A DNA stretch of 64,000 nucleotides from Gekko japonicus (taxonomy: Eukaryota): contig NW_015177041.1 in NCBI RefSeq assembly GCF_001447785.1, positions 289,426 to 353,425 of the forward strand, read 5' to 3'. A model generated the notes under the pieces. It ran no database searches. It was not told where the DNA came from and saw only the letters and a program-made list of their open reading frames with translations. The first letter of the stretch is position 1; each line of letters begins with the position of its first letter. Positions 48,239-61,065 of the stretch are shown in pieces. Made by a program: the position numbers and the translations under genes.

Positions 48239-51200
48239 GCCCCGACCCTGCCTCTCTTCCAAGTGCTGAGGCAACGGGGGCTCCCTGGGGCAGCACCCCC
48301 GAAACCTCTCCCCTTCCAGGCTGCCCCCCCCCCCAGCCATGCATTCCCCTGGCTAGAAGATGCCCCAGTGTGGCGGGGTGGGTGCGCCAAAGAGAAATAT
48401 TCAGCCTGGAGGGACACCAGAGCAGCTGGGAGAAACCAAACATGACAATAATTTAAGCACGTTCCTGCTTATCTGCAGTCAAAGAACTCATAGTTGCTAC
48501 CAAACATTCTTAGGGAGCATTCCCTTGACCTTGCCAGAATGGGAGCACCCCACCCCCACCCCAGGGCAGGTGCATCCATGGCAGAAGGTGGGAAGCCCGC
48601 TGTTTCTTGCCCAGGGGCAACTGAAACGCCACCAAAGGCAGGTGCCTGCTGGCCTAATGGGACCCAGCCAGCTGTCTGCTTGCACCACTCGTTCATACTG
48701 CACTCAGCATAGCAAACAGTGCCCCCCCCACATGCCACACTGGTGGCCAGTTGCTCTGTACTTGCTCCATCCTCCAGAGCATTTGCCACCGCTTGCTAGA
48801 GCCTGACCCCCAGTCTTTTGCGGATAGCAGTGTTAGCATGTCCAACAAGCACAGAACCAACCCAGGTCACAAGAGAGATGCTCTGGTGGTACAGAGACGG
48901 AGGTGAAGTGACTCTGCACAGTCAGCACTAAGCAGAAATGAAACCTTTTTGGCTCTGGGGCAAGTTTTGCCCCTGAAACTCATTACAAACCTGTGGTGCC
49001 ACTGAGGCACCTGACAGCGGCCTTTCCTTGTACTTTTGGGAGCCAACCAAAACTAGCTGGGATATCTTCCGGCAGCCACCAGCCGACAGGCTTGTTCCAC
49101 AGCATGGACTGCCGCATCCCGGACCCTGATACATGCACACGCGCACACAGAGTTCTTAATACAACTTGAGACAGAACTTCAGAAGCTGTGAAGTCCCAAA
49201 CAGCCTCACCCTCTTCCACACAAATAAGACAGACACCAAGAAGTCACTGGTGAAACATACATTTATATTGGAATATGCACTAAAGAGGGCACACTACCAG
49301 CCATCCATGCCATTTTGCCAAAGCAGAATCATTGCTGTGGTAGGGCGGGAGCGGAGGGCTCGGTCAGCTACTACTGAAGGGGGAGGGGGAAGCACGCTCC
49401 CTCCCAGCGGCAAAGCAAGGGTTCCATTGCATTCCCACATCCTGAGCAAGCAAACGAGTTGCTGGCCCGCACGATTTCTCTCTGTCGGCCCCCAGTTACA
49501 GCCACGTACGCATTACAAGATAAAGACAACTATCTTTAACCTTTGTTTCACACTTCTTTGCTGCAATAAATATAAAATTGGCAATGCTCCTACACCACAG
49601 GACAAACAAGATTCCGGGCTGCGGCACACGACAGAAACAGCAACAAGACTAAGGAAAGGGAAGGATCTGAGCGAAAGCTCAGGCGGCCGGGGAGGGCAGC
49701 AGCTTCCGAAGTGGCGGATAGCGCGGAAGCAGACAGAACAGCTTCTCAGCATATCCCAGGATCAGGACCCCTGGCAGCTACCCAGATGGCTGGCACGGGT
49801 GGAGGCCAACAGAAGTCCAAGAGATGCACTTGTGTGAATGGCCAGAGGGGGTGCTGCTGCCGCATCTCCCAGTCATGCTGAGGGCAAGAGGGCCTCCTTG
49901 GTGAGAGAGGACGCTGCCCTACTTCCCTGGAGGAGCCGGGAGAGCATGCTGGGGAAATGGCAAAGTGCTGCGAAGCCGGGCTCAGCTCAGAGCCAGGCAC
50001 TACGCCAAGACCCTGGAACTGTGGGGCTGACTGAGCTCTCCCTTTTCAGGCTTCTCAGCCAGAGGCAGACAGCTCTGGGTACCTTACAGCTTTTCATCAA
50101 TGGAACATTGGCCCACAAACAGCTGGTCAGGTCACGTGGAAGGAATGCCACAAAGTTCTAGGGAACATTTGGTCAGTAACGTGTCCCCCTTTCCACCAAC
50201 GTTTCTCACTGGATAAGCAGCAGGAAGCCAAGGCCTCGGCAGCGGTTGGCCAGCCCCATTTTGAACATCCACTCCTCTGCTTCCTCCCAAAATCCCGCCC
50301 TCTAGGGCTTTGGCAATCTCTGCCCCCTCCATACCAAGATTCTCTAAAAGTCCTATTTCAAGAATGGCTGGGGCACTTTTGGGATTCTCCTGCTTATGCT
50401 GGAGAAAGTCCACAATGCAAGAGGAGATCAGGCAGACAAACGATAGGGAGGCACCTACTTGGAAGCCACCAAGCAAGGACACAGGTCAGAGGACACGCTT
50501 ATGTGTGGGACCCTCTCTACGTGAAGGAAGCCTTTTTATAAAGAGAACGGCCACAGAAGACACAAGCACAAAACCTCCTTTCGGGGAGGAGGCACACATT
50601 TGTGCTGTGACTCGCTGGCAAAGACTCAGCTGCTTGGCTGGGTAAAAGTCAGCCATCGAGGAGTTATCTCAAAGACGCTCTCTCCTGTGGAGAAAAATCA
50701 TTACTTAAGGCTTTATGCCCTTGCCAGCCTCCCTCTCCTAAATAGCCTCGCAGGGTCCCCAGAAGCCGGCTGCTCCCCCCGCAGGTCTCCTTGCTGGAGG
50801 AGAAGCATGGTCAGGTCGGGAGAAGGAACGGAGGCGGCATGACTTGGTCCTCTCCAGTCAGAGGCTCCACTGGCTTGAATAAAATGCTTGTACAAGACAG
50901 GCAGTCACAACAAAGAAATATACACCTTGGGACTCATCAACCTTCTGCCTCTTTCAGGCCGGGTGAGAAGGGAAAGGACTACAGATTCTTGTTATCTCGA
51001 GAAGAAAAGTAACAGTCATTTGCATTTTGCCATTCTTCTTTTCCTTTTTTTAAAAAGTGAAAACAACGAATACGGGGAGCTCTGCACAGCATCCTGCAGC
51101 ACACAACATCACAGCGAGAGGAAATGTCAGTTTTACAGCTGGGGAGGTGGATGACAGTGGGGGGGAATGACTGTTGTCCAGCTGGGCTCCAAATCTACTG

Positions 51201-51923
51201 GGGGTTTTTCCCCCCGAAAGCTGGGCATGTGATACCAAAGCACAGACGGGGGACCAGCTTTCCCAGGGATGCTCAACAGGACAGCCTCATCTGTCTCCAC
51301 CACACAAGAGGGAAATGGCATCCAACAAGCCAGAGAAAACCAAAGGGGTTAGGAGTACTTTTTTTAATGAGCTCACTCACTGAAGACTTCTCATCTGAAA
51401 GTGTCCAAGGTATGTTATCACTGGGGTTAGTTTGGTGGTTGCTCCTGCCAAAGCCAGAAAGCAACTGTGTGACTTGAAATGAAAAAAACAACCCCAGGAA
51501 GTCTGAGCCACTCCAGCTGTTAAACAAACTGCTGCTTTGGGTTCAGAGAGTGGACTGTGAGTGTAAATAGTGGGCAAAGACAGAGAGTCTTAAGGGTGAT
51601 TGAGATATGCCTGGCAAAACACCAAGGGGGGGGGGAACTGGCAGTGAGGAGGAAGGACAAGGATGTTTGCACCATAAACAAGCAACAACTGGAAAGTAAA
51701 ACTCTTCTGTGGTCAATTTCACCCTGTAGGTAAGTGACTTACTTGGCAGAGCCAGGTGCCATTAGGTCAGCTTCCCCCCCCTTCCAATGCTAAACACAAC
51801 ACCCAGTAACATTCAACCACGGAAAGTGCTTTGAGTGAGTGAGGAGGGCTCTGTAGTGCCGCCAGGGTGAAGGGCTGCGCCGACGGAGCTGGGGTGCCAC
51901 TAGCCCTGCCCGGGACTGGCTGC

Positions 51924-54622
51924 TCAGGCCAGAGTCGCCTGTTTCTCCTCGGGGGTCTCCTCCAGCAGCTGCATGATCAGTTCGTGGAGGGGCTTACAGA
52001 TCTTCGAGTAGCCGGCGCCCGTTAGATGCAGAAAATCAAACATGTCATGGCAGGAGATGGTGCCATCTGAATGCACAAAGCCCACATCCACATCCAGCAG
52101 CTGAACACTGGCGAGTTTGGGCAACGAGGCCTTCAGGAGCTGGTTCACCTGGCTGTTCTTCTGCCGCAGCGGGTTCGGCTTCTCGCCACGTGGTAACAAG
52201 CCCTGGAGAGAGGAGACGTGACAAGGAAGAAACAGAAGCACTTCAGGAGGCACCCTGGGTTCTCTTACTGTGCGGATCCTATCGCGGCATCACTCTGGGC
52301 TTAACACACCACCTACTACTTAGAAATCCGTCCCACCATCTCTCTGCACACTGGTGGGCAATTCAGATGTCCTGTGCACTGCATGCATCCCCGTCTGTGG
52401 GGAGAACATCCTCTTCAAGAAGCGCCTGAAACTTTTATTCTTCACGTGCTCTGAGAGAGGCCACAGATGGTTCCCTTTAGCACTGCTACTCCCTTCCACT
52501 CCCATTTTCTTTTCTTTTTAAAGAAAAGGTTATTTTGATTTTTGTAATATACTCCATCAGTCTTACTCAACATTCTCAGCACACCATATAGCACAATCTG
52601 AGCAAGAAGGGGATGCTTATTATTACTGATGCTTGCTTTCCTAAAAACAAATTTTCATGCCACAAAAAGGAAACCTACTTTCCCCCACTTTCTTTATGAC
52701 TTGGCATGACCTGGAAACAATTTTCAGGGATAAAATGGGTTTCCCCCCAGCAAGGTGGGGCAGCCCTTCGTTCCTGGTCCAGGATCCTTTCCCTGAAGCA
52801 CAAGAGTTCCTTTCCCAGAAGGAACTGTGGCTCAGGGCAGGTGCCCACCCCTCATTCCATTTGCTGCTTGACTTAATAAAAGGCTTTATGGGCCTTCTTC
52901 CTGGAGAATTCCTCAGACAGGAAGTAGCAACCTCTCTGTGCTGTACTCTTCCCCTCACAATGTTACACTTCCTCTTGATGGAAGGGTACTGGCAAAAAGC
53001 ACACAATGTCAAGAGTGCTGCCAGCTCCCTGAGCACAGCTAAGCGTACCAGTACAATAATCTTGGCCTGGGGCTGCTGCACATTGATCAACCTCACAATG
53101 GCTTCTATTCCACCTGCTACTTCCTCTGCTGTGTTTTCGTGGTTATTTGTTCCAACCCAAAGAACAATGACCTGTGGAAGAGAAGAAAAATCAAGAGTGA
53201 AAGCAGGGAGTGATTCCTGCGTTATACTGCCTCAGGGGGGAGGGAAGGAAAAGCATGCACTGCTCAGGGCCCCAACAGTCCCACCTCCTCACATGTCATC
53301 CTTCATAGGCTATAATGGTAAATAATACTAACAGACACACGAAAGTAATAAGTGTTTATAAGCACAAGGCTGTGCTTGGGCTGGAGAATCAACCTGCACA
53401 TTGGCTCTTTGGAGAAGAGCAGCGTTCCACATACAGACATACCCAGCGCCTGTATTTACCTTGGGCTTAATATTTTCCAGTTCACCATTCTTCAGCCTCC
53501 ACAAAACATGCCCCGTTGTGTCCCCTCCAATCCCAAAATTCAACGCATGTAGGGGTGAAAAGAGCTTTCGCCATATCTGTAACCAGAAACCAATTTGCCG
53601 TGTTACCTTTAAACTGAACAAAGAAGAGCATTTCACTAAGAGCATTCTCAAGATGAAATATTCCGAGCCAATGATGTTTTGATGCACAAAAGGGGGGGTC
53701 CATCTGTTGAAATGGATCAGAGAATTGTCCCCTGGTGCACAAGCTCAGAGCAGTTTGGTGCAAAAAGATAATTCTGAAATTAAGGCAATATTGGGCCTAC
53801 CAGTGTTACAAGACCTAATCAAACCAAACCTAGCACCCCCAGGGTCTGCTGAGGTATTCACTACCCCATATGAGGAACTCACTTTTGCTCAAGATCAAGT
53901 GGCATTGGATCAGACCACAGACCATGTAGTCCAGCATCCTTTACAAAAATCTCAAAAACCAGAGAGCAGTTAGCTAGCTAATGGATTATAATTTACTTTC
54001 TGCCCACTCCTATGAGAACAAGTCTCAGAATTATCTGCTGCTGGGAAAGCCACCTTTCATGTCTCTCTAGCACGGCGCTCTACCTCCTACCCCTCAATAC
54101 CTCATACTGCTGTAGCAGCTGCACCATGGAGTCTCCGACAAACAGCACATCTGGTTCCTTGTCCTTGCAGTCCAAGACAAATCGGTTATGCTGGAGAACA
54201 GAAGCGCCAAAATTAAAGCACAAATATCACCAGCTCATTTGCACAAGAAAGGAACGACTTCACTAGTCTCCTGCCAGTCGGTCATCTGCACTTCCTCAGC
54301 TACAATGCCCACTCCACTGCCCCATTTGGAAGTGGGGGGGGGAGAATGTGTGGCTTGCACAAGAGTTCTAGGATGCTGAAGTGCATAAAATAGCTAATAC
54401 TCATGTGCATTCTGCTATTCCCAACAGGGCTACTGCCTTCTTCCACAAGGTAACTCTCTGAGCATTCATCAGTTTGGTACATTAAGAACGACTGAAGCAA
54501 ATGAGCCGTTCCAACCAATCCAAATGTCATGGGAACAGTACCTGTGACATCCATCTGTCATCACCCTGAACATCTTCAGCTGCATGTGCGATTGCGGCTG
54601 AGTTTGAGTCACCCTGGCTCAT
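51924..54622 (-). CDS. PAFAH1B2: Platelet-activating factor acetylhydrolase IB subunit alpha2, 229 aa
   Basis: Exons 54622-54542, 54190-54101, 53576-53460, 53171-53049, 52202-51924 (690 nt, all GT-AG). MSQGDSN...RWMSQHNRFVLDCKDKEPDVLFVGDSMVQ (GDS nucleophile), NFGIGGD, VGTNN, DFLH, ...EEKQATLA*. Confidence 0.98.
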
Positions 54623-54739
54623 CCTCTCCCTGGGGAGACAGAAATTTTAGTATCATTTTTGTGCCAGAAAGCTCAGCAGTCGGAATCAGTGAGTCAAAGC
54701 ACACACATCCGCACTCTTATTCTGCAGCCGAGAGGTGCG

Positions 54740-55450
54740 CCGCACAGGAGCAAATGCATGCACGGTCGCCCCCCTGCCTCCACCGGTCGCGTGCCCAGGC
54801 CGCGGAGGGCGGCAGAGGGCGGGGCGCGCGGATCTGGGGCGGGCGGGCGGGCGGGCGGGAGGGGGCGCCGGCTGGGCGAGGGGCGCCTGGCCTGGCCGGG
54901 CCTGCCCCTTCCGCGCTCGGTCCGCCGCCCGGTCCTCAGGAAGGCGGGCGCGCCCCTCCCCCGCCTCCCCGTGCAGCGCGCCTGCGCGGGGGCTCGCCGC
55001 CACTTCCGCGCGCCCCCGCCAGCCAATCGGCGCCGCCCCCCGCAGGAGCCCCCCCCGCCTGCCCCTCCAGAGGGTGCGCCGCAGTCGCTGCTACGGAACG
55101 CCGGAGTGGTCATGCCCGGGCGCACGGCGATGACACCGCGAGGCGGGGATGTGAGGCGCGGAGTGACGTGACGATCCGCCAACCGTCCTGCGTCTCCGGA
55201 GACGCGCGTCTGCCTGCCCTGAGCGTGCCGCCGGTCGCGCGCTGTCCAAAGGGCCGGTCCATAGCCGCAGCAGCAGCAAAGAACTGCCGCCCCCGGCCGC
55301 GCCCGCTGCTCCTCTTGCCGTCGCAGAAGCTGCAGCTACGGCTCCCCTGCAACCTCTAGTCCCTTTGACTGGAGAGACTCGATTCCGGGCTGCTTTTCTG
55401 TGCGCGGGGGGGGGGGGCGGGGCTCCGCCCCCGGGGGGGCGGTCTCCGAC
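54740..55450 (-). promoter_or_regulatory. CpG-island promoter of PAFAH1B2
   Basis: Dense CpG; ETS-type CACTTCCG 55001-55008, CCAAT 55023-55027, CRE-like TGACGTGA 55164-55171, multiple GC boxes. Confidence 0.75.
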
Positions 55451-55959
55451 TCTCTCTCTTTTGCATTGTACACTAGTATTTTATTTGCATTAAAAAAAAA
55501 AACAACAACCCTGTTTTTCTTTCGGCCTGGAAAAAAGAAAACGAGACTGAACCTTCCCTGCCTGTGCACGAGGTCGTTTTGGGAACCCCACGCGTAAAAC
55601 TTACATTTTAAAAGTATTGATTTTTATTTATTTTTTTGTCCCTGGGGGGCAGCACTCATACGGGGCTGGGGCTGAGCCCCCTGCACGGCGGTGGGCTGCC
55701 AAAAGAGGCATTTTGGTGGGGATGCTGCCCTGGCTCGCCTCCTGCAGAAGAGGGGCTTTCTCTTGGCGGTCCTGAGGCGCTGGAGAGCTGCTGCCCGTTA
55801 ACCTAGACAGGCCTGACCTGGGGAGATCGATGACCTGAGGCTGCCCTGTGTATTCCGATGAGGTTTATGCATGTGTGTCGTGGGCTCTGCACAGGGAGGG
55901 AGATGGAGCCAGAATGGAGGGAAACAGCTGGATGAAGATGGCCACATGGTGTGTAGCAG

Positions 55960-56375
55960 TGATGGAAAAAGGCAACTATAAGGGAACGAACTGAAAAGAA
56001 ACCATCTGGTACTGACCTCATCAAGCAGGATGTTCCATGAGGGGGGGGGCATAATGGAAAATGGATGTATATGGGCAGCTGTTGGTTTTGCCTGTTTGCA
56101 GGGTGCCACCTGCAGAAGTCCCTGCTCGGATAAGCGAAGTTGCCATGGCAGAGCATAGCGGGAGTCCTGTATGTGTGAGGGTCCAAGGCCATGAAGGAGA
56201 GTTGAAGGCCAGTGCCTTGAACTGAACCCAGTAACTGTTGGGCAGCCAGTGGAAGGACTGCAGAATGGGGCTAACGTGCTGCCAATAATAACCGAGCTGC
56301 GGCACTGTGCATCAACTGGAGTCATTGAGAGGAGGCCTATGTAGAGTGTATTCCAGTAGTCTAGTCTCAATGTCC
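55960..56375 (-). mobile_element. L2-clade LINE fragment
   Basis: Translations RLDYWNTLYIGL and HVSPILQSFHWLP...VQFKAL. Confidence 0.75.
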
Positions 56376-56475
56376 CTTAGTATCACCACACCAAACACAC
56401 ACCCTAATATGAGACATACCTGTTAATACTGAATATATGATGTTCCTCAAAACCCTTTTAATCACTGGATTACAT

Positions 56476-56732
56476 CTGAGCTGAAGCTCAAATACTTTGG
56501 CCCCCAAATGAGAAGGGAGCACTTACTGGAGAAGAAGGCCCTGATGCTGGGAAAGATTGAAGGTCAAAGAAGAAGGAGACGGCAAAGGATGAGATGGTCG
56601 GACAGTGTTATCGATGCAACGAACATGGAATTAAGCAAACTCCGGAGCACGACTTAAGACAGGAGGGTCTGGCGTGAGGTGGTCCATGGGGTCGTGAAGA
56701 GTCGGACTCGACTATGCGACTGAACAACAACA
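56476..56732 (+). mobile_element. BovB (RTE) LINE 3' fragment
   Basis: LKLKYFG...LMLGKIEGQRRRRRQRMRW; GTCCATGGGGTCGTGAAGAGTCGGAC; (CAA)n tail. Confidence 0.9.
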
Positions 56733-57239
56733 TCTGAGCATGGAGGGGTTGTCTCTCCCCACCACTGACGACTGGTGGCCAGCCCTTGGGGCATCGTGCA
56801 CACAGGGCAGGGTTGCCTTCTGACTCTTTCCTCAGCATGAGAAGGGACAGCAGCTGAGGTGACAGAGTGAAATGACAAAGGTGCCCAGTGGAGAGCAAGC
56901 TGGCTGTGGAGGAAGGGGAGTAATATCACTGTCATCACCCTGCTGCGGGCAGCTTGCTGTTTTCCTGTGGGGCTGGCGACTTTACCATCTCTTCTCTGCA
57001 TCCGGCTTCCAGTCCATCCAGCAGCACCCAGGTGGAGGGAGGAGAGTGCAGAGTCTGGGGAGAACTGGCAGAAGGCTTTTGGGTCAGGGAGACTGGCAGC
57101 TCCAGTCCCTGTGGCTGCTTCAAGAGAGGGTGTGTGTGTGTGTGGGGGGGAGGGGATACCACCTGCTAAGCACAAATCCTGCCAGGCCATGGCCTGAGGC
57201 ACTTTCCGGGAACACGAATGGTGCTCAGAAGAGCCACAA

Positions 57240-58400
57240 ATGTTTTTATTAGATTTTTTTGTAGTCGCCACTCACCCAAAGGGCCTCCTGGCAACTTACA
57301 ACATTAAAACCAATAAGATAAAAAACACATAAAACAAATATAAAATGTTAACATTAATATATGTGGCTCACAGCATGCCACTGTAAAATGGCCCAAACAC
57401 ATGGTTACCCTCCAAACGGCAACCTAAACAATTCAGCTTTGCATGCCTTGTGGAAACAAGTCTGGCGAGGCATGGGTGTCATTGGAGAGTACATTCCACA
57501 GAGTAGGGGCTACAACTGAGCAGGCTCTTCCCTGGTGACAGCTAACCCAGCCGTCCTGGGGCCAGGGCCCTGCAAGAGGCCCCCTAGACGATGACTGAAG
57601 GGAGCGCAGGGGGAGGTCATCCCATAGGTATGGGGGTCCCAGACAGTTAAGGGCTTTAAAGGTTAACATCTTTGGTCCGGAGATGAATCAGTAGGCAGTG
57701 CAGCAGCTGCAAAACTGGAATAATCTGAGGTGACCGTGATGTTCCAGTCAGCTGCATTCTGGACCACCTGCGGTCTCCAAAGTGTTTTTAAGGGTAGCCC
57801 TACGTAGAGCAAATTGCAGTAGTCTAATCTGGAGGTCACCATGGAATGGGTTAATCTGGCAAGGTCTGACCCAGACAAATAAGAAGCCAGCTGGCGGGCC
57901 TGGCATAGGTGAAAAAATGCTGACCGTGCTACCGTGGACACTTGCCTATCCAACCATACTCCAACAGAGTGTCAGCTGGACACCTTTGGGTCCCGGGAGT
58001 GACCCTCCAGGTAGCGTCTCAGTCCTTCCCAGCCACATGACCTCAGTCCTTCCACAGCCACTTGGCTGGATTCAACGGCCAGCTCCCCCTTAACCGTGGG
58101 ACTACCTCATCCCGGCACTGGGATCGTGCCAAGAGCCCTGCTGCGGGCTGCTTATCCCGCAGGAGGAAAAGCTGAGTGTCATCCGCATTTTGATGGCCCC
58201 CAACTCCAAACCTCCTGACAATCCTGGTAAGAGGCTGCATGGAGCAAGTGTGACTCACCAGCGCCATTCCTTGTAATGCTCTTGTCATAAGCATCTTGGG
58301 AGAAGTTGGCCACTGTTTCCTATCTGCAGGCGGTTGTTTGTTTGTTTACAGCTTTAAGCCCCCTCTTCCCTCCCTGCCATGGGGACACAAAACAGCTTAC
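57240..58400 (-). mobile_element. L2-clade LINE fragments (RT region)
   Basis: HQNADDTQL; VARSAFFHL...VTSRLDYCNLLYVGLPLKTL...VQNAA; LTFKALNCLGPPYL. Confidence 0.85.
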
Positions 58401-60529
58401 ATCTTTGTCCCCTCCTGTCATGGACAGCCCTGGGTTAGCATGGGGAGATCAGAGGAGGAGGAGGAGGAGAACCTGCCCCCCCAGCCCCACCCTGGCAGGT
58501 GCTCCCTGTGAGGCGGACGCCTCAGTGCCAAGGGAACCTTTGCTGGCACTGCCCCTGCCCCCTGAGCTAGCAGGGACCTCAAGCCAGTAGCCCTCCCCCC
58601 AGCATGGACCTGCCTGGTGCCAGCCCGGCCCCAATCTCCCCTCAGTGCAGAGGCAGTGAGGAGCCAGGGCCAAGGGGGACCACTCCAGATCCTGGACCAG
58701 GTGCAGGAATGTGCCCCCGGGAGACCAGAGCCTCCCCTCTGCTAAGGAAGCGCCGGAAGAAAACAATGCGTCCCGGCGGGATCCAGGCCCTGCTCCTTCT
58801 CAGGAGTGGAGGAGCTGACTCCACTTGCCGGAGGAGCCTCATGGGGGACCCAGCGTCACCCACCTGGAGGGAGACTCCCCCAGTGGGCCTGCAGTCCGGC
58901 TGGAGCCAGCGTGGGGTCAGCTTGTCTGCAGTCCTCCAGGTTAGCCCACCAGCTGCTGGGGCTGAGGGCTGATTAGCTAGAGGTGTGGAGCCGGGACTTC
59001 CTCTCTGTTGCTTTAGCCATGCCATGCAGGGACCTGTGTCTGCACTCCAGTCCTTAGGAAGACATGCCAAGGTTCCAGGACTCCCTTCCTGTTAAATAGT
59101 GGGTTCCATGGATGAACAGACCACAAGCCTAGTGATCAGATCTACTTTATTAGTGATTTCAGCCAGCACAAGACAAGACTTCAGAGCCTCAGCTCTGTTA
59201 AACAGCATATGCAACTGCCACACCCAAACACGCCCCACTCCCCGTGATAGGCTATTTACATAACATTACTACTAGATTGGTTACTTTCAGAATTCTGGCA
59301 GGCTATTGTTCTTCTGCTCCAAGCTCAGCCAGTCTCTGGGGTGATTCAATTAGGAATGATTCAATCCCAGGACATAACACTCCCGTTCCAAGTACGGGGT
59401 TCCAAAGAATGGGTGATCTCCAGCATGAAGACAACTCCAATCAGAGATCTTCTTTTCCCTCAGTGAGAAAGTTCTGTTCAGCACAGGTTCCTTTCATTGA
59501 CTGCTGCATTAACTTTCAGAGACTCAGGGTTCTTTCAAAGCAGGACTGAGCTTCTCTGTCTTCTCTCTCGAAGCTTCCAGGATTGCTTCTTGCATTAATA
59601 CTGCTGTTGTGCCCTACTGGCCTGGAGGCTTCAGACCCCATCTCCCCTTGTCAGAAGACGCTCCCTCTTTTCCTGCCCACCAGACGCTTGAATGCAAAAC
59701 GCAGGCCAGCAAGGCATCTGTTGGTTGCTCCTGTGCTACTTGTTCAGGGTGGGCTGAGGAGTGCCACCAAGGCAAGGCAGGCAGCGGGGATACAAGGGGA
59801 TGGGCCTGCAGACAGAGGACTCCCCCTGCCCCTGGCGGGAGGAGGGCTGGCCCAGGGCGGGCACTCCTGCACCACAGCAGCACATGGAACCTTAAGCGAG
59901 GCAAGTGGTACAGGCCTGGCAGCCTCCAAAGATTTTTCTCCGGGCAAGACCCTCTGCTTGAAGAGCTGTGGAACCAAATCTGTGTCACTAATTTCTTTTT
60001 GAGTAGGTAGCTAAAGCACACCTGTCTTATTTCCAAGGACACTCAGACTCTGGTGTTGCCATTGGCAACAGTTGGACCTCTTGAGGCTGACGCCGCAGTT
60101 TCCCTGGGCAACCTCTGCGACAAAGTTCTGCAAAAAAAAAGAAAAAGAGCAGCATTCATGAATGAAAAGTGCAAGGACACGGCCTCTCATCAGAGCAAGA
60201 TCCACTTGGGGGCGGGGTCAGAGCTCCTTGCCTGACCCAGGAAGGTGTGGAGAGTGGCTTGGGGCAGGGGAGTCCGCAGTTTGGCCCCTTCTGTCGCTCT
60301 CTCCACCATGGAGCAAGTTCCGAAACAAGAAGCGGAGCTTAGCAGTGGTTTTGTCCCGGATAGTCATGTACGGGCAACTGTGTGAACAAGTGGCTGGCAT
60401 GAATAGGAACAGCACAGGAGAGGAGAAGGAGATACGGGCAGCAATCTCAGGGGATGGCAAACCGTGAGCCATTCCTGATACTTTTGCCTCTTTACAACCT
60501 CAGAAAGGAAGATGGGGGGGAAAGCACAA

Positions 60530-61065
60530 AAAGAACATAAGAGACGCCAATGTTGGATCAGGCCAGTGGCCCATCCAGTCCAACACTCTGTGTCACACAG
60601 TGGCCAGAAATACCAGGTGCCATCAGGAGGTCCACCAGTAGGGTTGCCAAGTGATTTTTACTTACCGGCGGGGGAGCCTTGGCACGCTCTGGGAGCCGTT
60701 CCTTGTTGTGTGTGCGCCGCCAGCACGTCACCGGAAGTGACGCGCATTGTCGCTCATGTTGAGGGCGTGGCCCCGATCATCGGAGGGAAAACCATAGAGT
60801 TTTCCCTCCGACGATCGGGGNNNNNNNNNNNNNNNNNNNNNNNCTTGGCAGCCCTATCAACGTGGTCGCGTCACCTCTGGTGACGCAGCCATGCTGTGCT
60901 TCGTGGGGGGCGGAGTTCTCCCCAGGGCCCAATTCCGCGGCGGCGGAAATCGGGTCTCCAAAGCGGGGGTTTACCCGCCCCCCGCCCCCACTTGGCAGCC
61001 CTATCCACCAGTGGGGCCAGGAGGACATTAGAAGCCCTCCCACTGTTGACCCCCCCCCCCAAGCA
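60530..61065 (-). mobile_element. CR1 3' end split by a DNA transposon
   Basis: Same 3' UTR as 13208/30466, interrupted at TCCACCAG and resuming at 61004. Confidence 0.85.
60639..61003. mobile_element. hAT-type MITE, family B (CpG-rich; contains an N-gap)
   Basis: 15-bp TIRs TAGGGTTGCCAAGTG / CACTTGGCAGCCCTA (1 mismatch); perfect 8-bp TSD TCCACCAG at 60631-60638 and 61004-61011. Confidence 0.9.

Noticed and set aside
59089-59540. Possible solo LTR (TG start, TTTATT, AT-rich)
   Set aside because: No matching CA end with a TSD could be identified.
60303-60385. Strong Kozak CCACCATGG opening a 25-codon ORF
   Set aside because: Too short, with no recognisable homology or promoter evidence.
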